In this document: positions 11,790-20,000 of the stretch, in pieces
Position numbering within the stretch: the stretch's first letter is position 1
How the letters are laid out: each line of letters begins with the position of its first letter
NCBI GenBank assembly: GCA_013239625.1
Contig: MU054026.1
Span: 1,104,470 to 1,124,469 of the forward strand
From: Lama guanicoe
Taxonomy: Eukaryota
Direction: 5' to 3'
Length of the DNA: 20,000 nucleotides
The notes under the pieces: generated by a model
Told to the model about the DNA's origin: nothing
The model's database searches: none
The model's input: the letters and a program-made list of their open reading frames with translations, nothing else
Made by a program: the position numbers and the translations under genes

Positions 11790-12130
11790 CATTCATTGCT
11801 GCATGAAAAGTGGTTTAAACAATTCCATTCTATTTGTCCACAGCTATGTAGGTCATAAATCCAGACAAAGCTCAGCTGGGAGATTGCTCTGTTCCCTGTG
11901 GCTTGGCTAGGATATCTCATGAGGCTGCAGTCAGGTGGCAGCTGCTGCTGGAACATGCTAAATGGCTTTGCCCACGTGTGTGGTACCTTGGCAGGAACAG
12001 CTGTGAGTCCAGGTGTTTCTTTGTCCACATGTTTCTCTTCGATTGTTATCTTGGTCTTCTTTAGATGGTAGGTGGATCCCAAGAGCAAGTGTTTCAAGTG
12101 GCAAAGACAGAATCTGCATAACTCTAGACA
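11790..12130 (-). mobile_element. MaLR LTR relic (MLT1-type)
   Basis: gtggtttaaacaa...gctcagctggg...ctcatgaggctgcagtcaggtggcagctg...cccaagagcaagtgtttcaag is typical of antisense MLT1. Confidence 0.75.
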
Positions 12131-12314
12131 AATTAGGAGAATAAGTATTTTGGGTAAAATTTTTTTAGAAGTGTATTTTTTCAGAAGTAAATGCTTTTGC
12201 ATATAGAAGAGCAATATGAGTTCTAAGTATACCAGTATGAAATCTGAATGTTTTAAACTGCTCAGAGTGTTGCTCTTTAATCATAGAAGATTTGATTTAA
12301 GAGATCTTGGGGGA

Positions 12315-12472
12315 GGGAGGGTATAGCTCAGTGGTAGAGTGTGTGCCTAACATGTACGAGGTCCTGGGTTCAATCCCCAGCAACACCATTAAAAATGAAT
12401 AAATAAACCTAATTACCTCCCCCTCAAAAAAAACCCCAAAATTAAAAATAGTAAAAGGAAAAAAGAGAGAGA
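12315..12472 (+). mobile_element. tRNA-derived SINE (camelid Vic-1-like) with 16-bp TSD
   Basis: A box TAGCTCAGTGG at 12324-12334; B box GGTTCAATCCC at 12367-12377; A-rich tail; TSD AAGAGATC(T/C)TGGGGGA at 12299-12314 and 12473-12488. Confidence 0.93.
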
Positions 12473-12778
12473 AAGAGATCCTGGGGGATATATGTTAAGT
12501 AGCAAATTTACTAATGAACTCTTGGTGATTATATATTGATCATATACTTCTAAGAGTTTCCTATTTGAGAACTTAATTTTAGAAACAGGAATCTAAATTT
12601 GTGTCTTCCAAAAGTTAAAACCTAGGGAGAACTAACTAAATGGTTTTCCCCTCAAAACTATGAAAGCAAACTAGAGCTTAACTTTGTCATTGGAGCAGAG
12701 GATAATCCCAGAGCCAGAGATCATGTTTGGGCATTCTTAGATTTGTCTCCCTGAGGGCATTAACAGAGGGCTCTTGAT

Positions 12779-12789
12779 TGCTGAGTCAT
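12779..12789. promoter_or_regulatory. Perfect NF-E2/NRF2/BACH-MAF (ARE) motif TGCTGAGTCAT
   Basis: Exact 11-mer consensus in apparently unique sequence; function untested. Confidence 0.3.
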
Positions 12790-13159
12790 GGCTCCATTTC
12801 TACCTTCTGTTGACTCCCCCATCCCCTCTTTGCAGAGAAGGACAGAATTACCCTCCACCACGTACTGAGGTCCCAAACTGGGATGCACCGCTGTATCAGC
12901 TTTTCATGTTGCATCCCACCTGAACTACAATTTCCTGGCAACAGAAGCTTCAATATTTGGTACAAACTGTGATCCGCAACATTTCTTTTGCTCTGAAATA
13001 ATCTGTTTTAATTCACTGCTATTCTGAGTCTGTTGTTAAAATCACAAAGACACGTGCAATGGGAAATATAAAACAGACTAGCTGTGAAACAAGCCATGTT
13101 AAACAGGAAAATAATGCTCCACAAATTATGTGTGCCTAGGAAGTCGTACTGATATAGCA

Positions 13160-13420
13160 AAGAAAATAGGCATTTTTACTTTTGAGAAGCAGTGCTAAGC
13201 ACATTCAAAGACACTGTACCAATAACCCTCCCTCCAACATTATACAGAAGTGCCTGTTTCTCTTCATTCTTACCAACGCCACTTACCTTCAACATTTTCT
13301 ACCTTTTATAGATTTCAGGGTAAGAATAGTATCTTGTTTCTCTTGCTGTATTTACTTATGAGCAATAGTGAGCATTTCCAATGTTAATTGATCATTTACA
13401 AATTGTCTTCTAGATATGGA
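13160..13420 (-). mobile_element. Ancient L1 (L1M) ORF2 relic
   Basis: ctgtaccaat...ccctccaaca...gaagtgcctgtttctc...ttaccaac...atagtatctt...gtgagcatttcc. Confidence 0.65.
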
Positions 13421-13709
13421 TTCAATGTTGTTGTAAGAAACAAAAGAGGTTTTGATTTTTGATTGATTGATTGATTTTAAAATTTGGACTGGAGAAGTTT
13501 CTTTATGTGTGACCATATGCAACAGCAACAACAAACAACAACAAAAACAGTAAATTTGACTACTTCAACAGTACCTACCCTGTAGAGGAAAGACTAAAAA
13601 TAAATTTTAAGCCCAATAACGTATTGGGAAGATAGACAGAGCACATAAACGTAAAAGTCACATAGAACAGTCCTGGATGAATGAATGAGTGACTATCTAG
13701 CAGTGTTGG

Positions 13710-13855
13710 TTAACAGGCTCAAAGTCACACATGTGTCACACGAAGAATACATACACCAGACCTCACGTCTGACCTAAATTGTAATCTCCAGGTATGAAGT
13801 TCTAGTGTTATAATATTTTTAAGAGTCCCTTGGTTGATTTTGCTTTGCATCTGTA
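13710..13855. mobile_element. MER5-like relic
   Basis: ccagacctcac...gaccta...aatctccaggt...atatttttaagagtcccttggttgattttg. Confidence 0.45.
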
Positions 13856-13909
13856 TGTGTAAGTAAAAAAACGTTGTATTTATGTTCAAAAGTCATCTTT
13901 AGAATCTGA

Positions 13910-14148
13910 AAGCACAGAATCTGGGAGGCACAGTACACAGCTTCCATCTAGGTCTCTTACTCACTTGCAGTGTGTCTTCTAACAAATCACCTAACCCCTG
14001 AGCACCTCAATGTCCTCTCTGTCAAAGAGGCATTAGGGAACACACCTAACCTGTCTTACAGAGCTGTAGAAAGGATCAAATGAGTGAACGGAAGGGAAAA
14101 TGCTTTGATAAATTTGTAAAATATAATGCACATTAAGCTTATTATTAT
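13910..14148 (+). mobile_element. MIR relic, near full length
   Basis: cacttgcagtgtgtc...caaatcacctaacccctgagcacctcaatgtcctctctgtcaaa...ggatcaaatgag...tattatta. Confidence 0.85.
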
Positions 14149-14420
14149 CTCTGGTGCAAATCCTGCAGAATAAAACTTGTCATTGAACGGACAGGCATGA
14201 ATTTTTCTTTAAGCTATAATAAATATGTGTGGAATTATTTCTCAAATATGCTTAATCAGAAAATTATTGAGTTTTTCCCAAATGGGAGAATCTTGCCACC
14301 AATAAAACAGATATAATTAAGTTATTCCAATGAAAGCAAAGGACACTTCCTCTTAGCTGACCTTTATCCATGCCAATTCATTATAGCATATATATATATA
14401 TGCATGTTTTACTTAAAGAC

Positions 14421-14607
14421 AAAATAGTTAAACAAGTTTATACTGTATAGCACAGGGAAATAAATTCAATATCTTGTAGTAGCTTACAGTGAAAAGAATA
14501 TGAAAATGAATATGTGTATGTTCATGTATGACTGAAGAATTGTGCTGTACACCAGAAATTGACACAACATCATAAGCTGACTATACCACAATTGGGGAAA
14601 AAAAAAA
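14421..14607 (+). mobile_element. Short 5'-truncated young L1 3' end with poly(A)
   Basis: Same 3' UTR as the copies at 7487 and 8945; ends in an A run at 14598-14607. Confidence 0.9.
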
Positions 14608-15275
14608 GATGCACTGAAGGGTGGTAGAGCCCAGAGAATTGAGCAGAAGATCTACAGCTCTGTATCAACTCAATAATAAATGATACTGAAATTGCTTTTT
14701 AAGGAAAAATGCCATGTTCAACATGTTGCTTCCATCTTAATTCGCCCATGAATTAAAGATGTTTTGTGTTCTGTGTACCCTGAATGTTAACATCTTCTTC
14801 ATTTGCTTCCTACCATAAGTGAAAGTTGGTTTAATTATTCAGGTATATTGCTAGATTATATACGTTATCTGTATGTAGCAAAATATGTATGAAATAGACC
14901 CAGTGTAAAATGCTACAAACATAAGCACTTCTAGTATCTCCCAAGCTATTATGAGTACAATGGTGCAGCGTTGTCAGTTCCCTTTGATAGGTTTTCTTGT
15001 AATAAAATAGTTTAAAAAAATCTCTTAATTCTCAAAATGAAGAAATAGTTTTCATTAATCTCATATCCCAGTTTCTTGATGATCAGAGTAAGGATTTTGA
15101 GCAGGTATTCGAAAACTTAGGGAGCAAACCAGCTCTCCATTGCATTCAGCTAGTGGTATTGCCTTGCAGGGACACCCTAACACTGTAGCCAGACCATTGC
15201 TTCCTAGGACAACACACACGTAACATTGTCTATACGTTGTCAGCTAGTCTAAAGTGGAAGAGAATCTCTAGAAAC

Positions 15276-15377
15276 ACTTACCCTGATTTCTCAGCATGCT
15301 TCCTAGAGCCGGTTTCAAGGTAAAGGCAGTTTGCACTGGAAAACTGAGTTGGAGTGGTGCCTCCCCATATATATGTA
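15276..15377 (-). promoter_or_regulatory. Candidate Pol II core promoter and first exon (copy 1)
   Basis: Minus strand: TATATAT at 15373-15367, Inr TCAGTT with its A at 15345 (28 nt downstream), donor AGG|GTAAGT at 15282/15281. Confidence 0.45.
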
Positions 15378-15523
15378 AGTAGCATAGTTCCCCTAGGACA
15401 GAAACTCTGGGTTCCCAACAAGCTAGGTGAAGGACGGCTTCCACACACGTTTGGATCCCAGAATGGAACATGTGGAGAAGCATTCATTCAGGTAGCCTAA
15501 AGGGCAAGGTTACATCTAGAAAC

Positions 15524-15627
15524 ACTTACCTTGATTTTTACCATGTTTCCTAGAGCCGGTTTCAAGGTAAAGGCAGTTTGTGCTGGAAAACCGAGTTGGA
15601 GCGAGTGCCTCCCCTTATGTATATAGG
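15524..15627 (-). promoter_or_regulatory. Candidate core promoter and first exon (copy 2)
   Basis: Minus strand: CCTATATACATAAG, Inr altered to TCGGTT, consensus donor AAG|GTAAGT at 15530/15529. Confidence 0.4.
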
Positions 15628-15754
15628 TAGGCCTGTCTCCCTAACACAGAAACTCTGTGTTCCCAACAAGGTAGGTGAAGGACAGCTTCCACACACATTC
15701 AGATCCAACCATAACCATATCTCTGCACCAAATTTATCCTCTAAGTGTTGCTAG

Positions 15755-16078
15755 TAGATGTAACTGGTGTCCACATTCTTGTCCCATCCTAGAGAGAATT
15801 AAGAGTTAAGATGCAGAGGTTAAGAAAGTAAAGTGGGGATTTATTCAGGGGTGGATAGTACACTCTCAAGGGGAGAGCGGGCCAACTCAGGTGAGCAGCT
15901 ACCCTGAGTTTCTTTGGCAAGTTGGTTACACAAGTGTAAAAATGAATGGGTGGAATATTCATTGGGGAGAGAAGGGTCTGGGGTCATATTCCCTGATTTT
16001 TATCCCAACTCTACATTCCTGAAGTGCGGAGGGATTTTTGTTCTTATTTGGTTTGAATCAGAAATGTCATGGTGAGAA

Positions 16079-16117
<39 letters not shown>

Positions 16118-16453
16118 GTCTTGGTGTCAGTGCATGATGGGTACTTCTAATCTGGCTGGCTAATTTCATTGAAATGAGGGCATAATGAGCAAAAGGTTAC
16201 ATTCAGACACTGGAGATTCCTGCCTTTTCCCACCTTTCTTTGTTGGCCTCCAGGCTGCTCATCACCCCAAAATGTGTGACCACTTATCAGCCCAGAGATT
16301 CCTGCTTTTCCTTCCCTGCCCAGGGCCCCCTGGTGTTCACATGATGCATGGTTTCCTGTATTTGGCCGGTGCCCCTCCTTTTAGCCCAGTTCCTGCCACT
16401 TTGTCTGCGTCCCCCTTTCTCTGCTCATCTCTAGCTGTCTGCCTGCTCTAACC
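15755..16453 (-). mobile_element. Solo ERV1-type LTR
   Basis: Minus strand starts (G)GTTAGAGCAGGCAGACAGCTAGAGATGAGCAG, like the TGTTAGAG.AGG start of some ERV1 LTRs; AATAAA on the minus strand at 15845-15840; ends near ...GTTACA; ctag(ta) on both flanks (15751 and 16454) as a candidate TSD. Confidence 0.85.
16075..16116. repeat. (GAAA)n microsatellite inside the LTR
   Basis: (GAAA)9 at 16081-16116 preceded by AGAAAA. Confidence 0.95.
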
Positions 16454-17099
16454 CTAGTAAAAATAGCTGGCAAGAGCACATATGAGGAAAACTCCAAAGA
16501 GAGGATACCTGGGCAGTAAAAGTCAAAATCTAGAAATACTAAATGGTGTGGCCAACTTCCTAGAGCTACCAATTAGGAAATCAAAGAGATGTCATGCCTC
16601 ACTGCCTTTCCAAGAAAGGCAAAATTAAACAAAATGTGGCTCCAGTTTTTATACCTCTGGAGCCTGGAAAACAACGGAATTAAGAACAGGAAGAAGTTAA
16701 TTAAGAAAGTAAATAAATTAAGGGCCATTGTGTCTCATATATATTTGCCCTAAAAGGAACAATCCATAGGTAACCAGAAATATGGTTTATGTAACAGAGT
16801 AAAATCTGAAGGGAGCAGGTGTGAAAGCCACAATCAGGGGCAAGTCTTTTGGACTGACCAATGGGGACAGGAATTAGGGTGTAAAGTTGACTAGTCTGGA
16901 TCAGTTTTGGGGGACAGGATTGTTTTGTCACTTTTTTTCTCGAGATCTGGAGATCTATACCACAGGGGGTATATTTATTTATTTTAAAGATTTCACAAAA
17001 ATGGTTCTTGACAAACTGTCTTCTAGCTATGTTCCCAAAGATGCTCAGGACTTAATTTTTCTCAGATTTTGGCACTTAAAACTCTTTGTATTTTAATTC

Positions 17100-17240
17100 A
17101 TGTGCTTTGCTCTCATTCCATCACTGGTTCTAAACTGCCTAAAATAAGGACTGTTCAGTATAATATTCCCAGGGCCCAGGGATGGTGACTTGTTCAGAGC
17201 CCAACAGAAAATTATGTTATCGTTTGGTTGATTACTTACT
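17100..17240 (+). mobile_element. Possible L2 3' relic
   Basis: taaactgcctaaaataaggactg...cccagggccca...gtttggttgatt; weak. Confidence 0.4.
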
Positions 17241-17840
17241 TTAAGCTAATTATCTTAAAATAATGTATCAATTCTCTGGATGCTACACACGTTAAGGAGA
17301 GTGACGTTTGAAGGCTGGAGGATGGAGACAAAAGGAAAAGGAAATCGAATCTCTAAACTTAAGATTAAAGCTTTTAGTTATTTGCTCATCCCCGCACAAG
17401 TGAGGCCAGGCCTAGCTTACTGTTCATGTAGTCATATATTCCACTGAAATGTGGATCAATTAGGGAGCAATCTAATGTTCTTGACCATCAGTCATTTGTT
17501 TTATTCTAAGAAGGAATGAGAGAATGAATCTTATTTTCTTTGGATGCCTCAAATTTCTTTCCCAGAGAAGCCCGTTTCCTTTTCCCCTATCTGTTTGCCT
17601 TCAGATGACACAACTGTCTGTAGGACTGCAAATCCCCTGAAGACATTGCTATCACAGCTGCTTTACTGTTTATCCTGGAGGCCACTCATATTGGGAGCTA
17701 CTTTCCTGCTGATAAAACCTACAGGAATGCATCTTAGAAGAAGGTAGCTTAACTATGTTATGAAAGAATTTCATCTCCTGCATTTTAGTCCTTCCCAATG
17801 ATAATGAAAGGATAATTCCAACAAAAATACAGTGAATTTT

Positions 17841-18562
17841 CTTTTTTTATTAAGTTATAGTCAGTTTACAATGTTGTGTCAATTTCTGGTGTGCAGCACA
17901 ATGCTTCAGTCATACATGGATATACATATATTCATTTTCATATTCTTTTTCACCATGAGCTACTACAAGCTATTGAAGATATTTCCCTGTGCTATACAGT
18001 ATGAACTTGCTTATCTATTTTACATATACCAGTCAGTATCTGCAAATCTCAAACTCCCAGTTTATCACTTCCCACCTCCCTCCACCCGGCAACCACAAGT
18101 CTGTATTCTATGTCTGTGAATCTGTTTCTGTTTTATATGTAAATTCATTTGTCTTTTTCTTAGATTCCACATATGAGTGATAGCATATGGTATTTATCAA
18201 AGAAATGCAAATCAAAACTATAGTGAGGTATCACCTCACACCAGTTGGAATGGCCATCATTCGAAAGCCCACAAATGACAAATGCTGGAGAGGCTGTGGA
18301 GAAAGGGGAACCCTCCTACACTGCTGGTGGGAATTCAGTTTGGTGCAGCCACTGTGGAAAACTGTATGGAGAGTCCTCAAAAGACTAAAAATAGACTTAC
18401 CATATGATCCAGCAATCCCACTCCTGGGCATAAATCTAGAAGGAATTCTATCAAAAAGACACCTGCACCCCAATGTTCACAGCAGCACTATTTACAATAG
18501 CCAAAACATGGAAACAACCTAAATGTCCATCAACAGATGACTGGATAAAGAAGTTGTGGTAT
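17841..18562 (-). mobile_element. Young L1 with 5' inversion (twin priming) and 18-bp TSD
   Basis: T-rich tail and antisense 3' UTR at 17841-18195; plus-strand ORF2 C-terminal segment at 18196-18562 ([27 protein letters not shown]); TSD AAAAATACAG(T/C)GAATTTT at 17823-17840 and 18563-18580. Confidence 0.95.
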
Positions 18563-18931
18563 AAAAATACAGCGAATTTTAAAAGTCCACATACTAAAAT
18601 TGTATGTGCTAATTGATTTAGAGCACATGACAGGCTCTTACTACAAATAAAAATGATATATGATATATATAAAATACTCATTGAAGGCCTCACTATCACA
18701 CAGAGTAATTCTTATTTTTATTGGCTAAATAGAAAAAATAAACTACTATTTGGCTCCTCCCCAAGTAAAAATCAAATCATCTTGTTTTGCAATACTTAGA
18801 ATAATTTGTCTTCAGAAAAATCCTAAGATTTTAGAGATATATTGAGAAGCTAGCATTCTCTTACCATACAAAGGAGGTAAATAATACTTATAGAATATAA
18901 GTACTTGTCATTCATAATTTCAGAATTATGG

Positions 18932-19401
18932 TGACAAAGATTCTTTCCTTGACTAAATTCTGCTCAGGCTCCCCTGAACCTTTCAGATTGGTCTCAGTTT
19001 TCGGACTTCTGTGTTTGTCTCTTCACTGTCCAGTTTTATCAAGAATCTTGCTACACTGGTTAATTAGAACCCCCCGCCCCATTCTCCTATCTCATCATCC
19101 TTAGCATTCAAGGTTTCTCCAACTCCGGCACCCCCCCCAGGTGATGTCTGCTCATCCTGGCCTGCCTTCGGTAAGAATCCTGTTAGGTAGGTGTAGCCAG
19201 AATCCTCCTTTCCTCTACAGATTTACTCAGTTACTTTCCATCCATCAATCCCCACCCTGCTCGTTGGCTAAGGATTCCTACTTGTCCATGCTATATTCAA
19301 AATTGAGCCTGGTTCTACACTGAGACCTCTTTTCCCCTATTACAATAATCCTGAATAAATCTGTTTTTATCACTATTTCCAGCTCTGGTTTTCCTTTAGC
19401 A
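18932..19401 (+). mobile_element. Solo LTR, MER31-like (ERV1)
   Basis: Starts TGACAAAGATTCTTTCCTTGACTAAA...CAGGCTCC; internal ggcctgccttcggtaagaatcctgttagg; AATAAA at 19354-19359; ends TTTAGCA. Confidence 0.8.
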
Positions 19402-19705
19402 ACAACCAGACAGAGATTAGAGGGTTCCTGAAGCTTGTATAATTTACATGCTTTATATGCTCCAATTTAGATACCACTTCCTATGTGGCTGTTCTAATCT
19501 CAGTCTTTCTCTTTTCCAATATATCAATCATTTATTTCCCTGTCTAACTATCTTCTTTAACCACTACATTCATTATACTGCTTTTCTGCCTCCAAGGTTC
19601 AGTGGTTACCCATTTGTTTTTACATCAAATCTGTCTGACTTTAAGACCCTATATAATCTGATATAAACTGCATATCTAAATTTTTGCCCAACTAATCCTG
19701 AATAT

Positions 19706-19873
19706 NNNNNNNNNNNNNNNNNNNNNNNNNNNNNNNNNNNNNNNNNNNNNNNNNNNNNNNNNNNNNNNNNNNNNNNNNNNNNNNNNNNNNNNNNNNNNNN
19801 NNNNNNNNNNNNNNNNNNNNNNNNNNNNNNNNNNNNNNNNNNNNNNNNNNNNNNNNNNNNNNNNNNNNNNNNN
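19706..19873. other. Assembly gap (168 N)
   Basis: Run of N. Confidence 1.
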
Positions 19874-20000
19874 GAATTAAAATCAAGAAGTAAAATTCAG
19901 TCTTCCAACCTTATGCATTGTGTGGGAAGCTACCCTTCTCCTTCAGTGGACTGAATTACATATACTCTTTATAGTCAACTCCATTTTTTCCCTTCCCTTT

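Larger units (their letters stand above)
15267..15706. repeat. Local direct duplication: two 192-bp copies (15267-15458 and 15515-15706), period 248 bp
   Basis: Shared blocks tctagaaacacttacc, ttcctagagccggtttcaaggtaaaggcagtttg, acagaaactctg.gttcccaacaag.taggtgaaggac.gcttccacacac; scattered substitutions and two compensating 1-bp indels. Confidence 0.95.

Noticed and set aside
11717..12214. Longest ORF (165 aa) as a protein-coding gene
   Set aside because: Mostly overlaps a degraded MLT1 LTR and has no recognisable domain; likely a chance ORF.
12315..12390. Functional tRNA gene
   Set aside because: The TSD, A-rich tail and poorly pairing acceptor and anticodon stems indicate a SINE.
13281..13290. 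Consensus minus-strand donor AAG|GTAAGT as a further exon
   Set aside because: Lies inside a degraded L1 relic and I found no matching acceptor; unsupported.
15530..15544. Ubiquitin/NEDD8-like N-terminus in the hypothetical spliced peptide MVKIKTLSG
   Set aside because: The similarity ends after nine residues and depends on an unverified splice.
15267..15706. CRISPR-like array or TCR/Ig J-segment cluster
   Set aside because: Only two long units with no repeat-spacer structure; I saw no FGxG/WGxG motif or RSS heptamer/nonamer at the expected position.
18187..18522. 111-aa Cys/Trp-rich ORF as a novel gene
   Set aside because: It is the L1 ORF2 C-terminal fragment in the inverted arm, with its ATG borrowed from across the inversion junction.
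19692..19886. ORF spanning the N run
   Set aside because: Artefact of the assembly gap.

Overview
Mammalian, AT-rich, repeat-dense non-coding window, most likely camelid, inferred from a Vic-1-like tRNA-derived SINE and the L1 3' ends. I cannot support any intact protein-coding gene: the ORF-track entries are either decayed L1 ORF1/ORF2 pieces or chance ORFs. Contents are old and young L1 fragments (one a textbook 5'-inverted, twin-primed insertion with an 18-bp TSD), several solo ERV LTRs, MER5- and MER47-like DNA transposon relics, MIR/L2 relics, microsatellites and a 168-N gap. The most notable structure not explained by repeats is a 192-bp direct duplication (15267-15458 and 15515-15706). 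On the minus strand each copy reads as a TATA-like box, a short first exon and a GTAAGT donor; the pair sits just downstream of a same-orientation solo LTR, with candidate downstream exons at 11490-11549 and from 10703. Repeat family names are from recognition, not a database search. I see no convincing evidence of a wholly new biological system.
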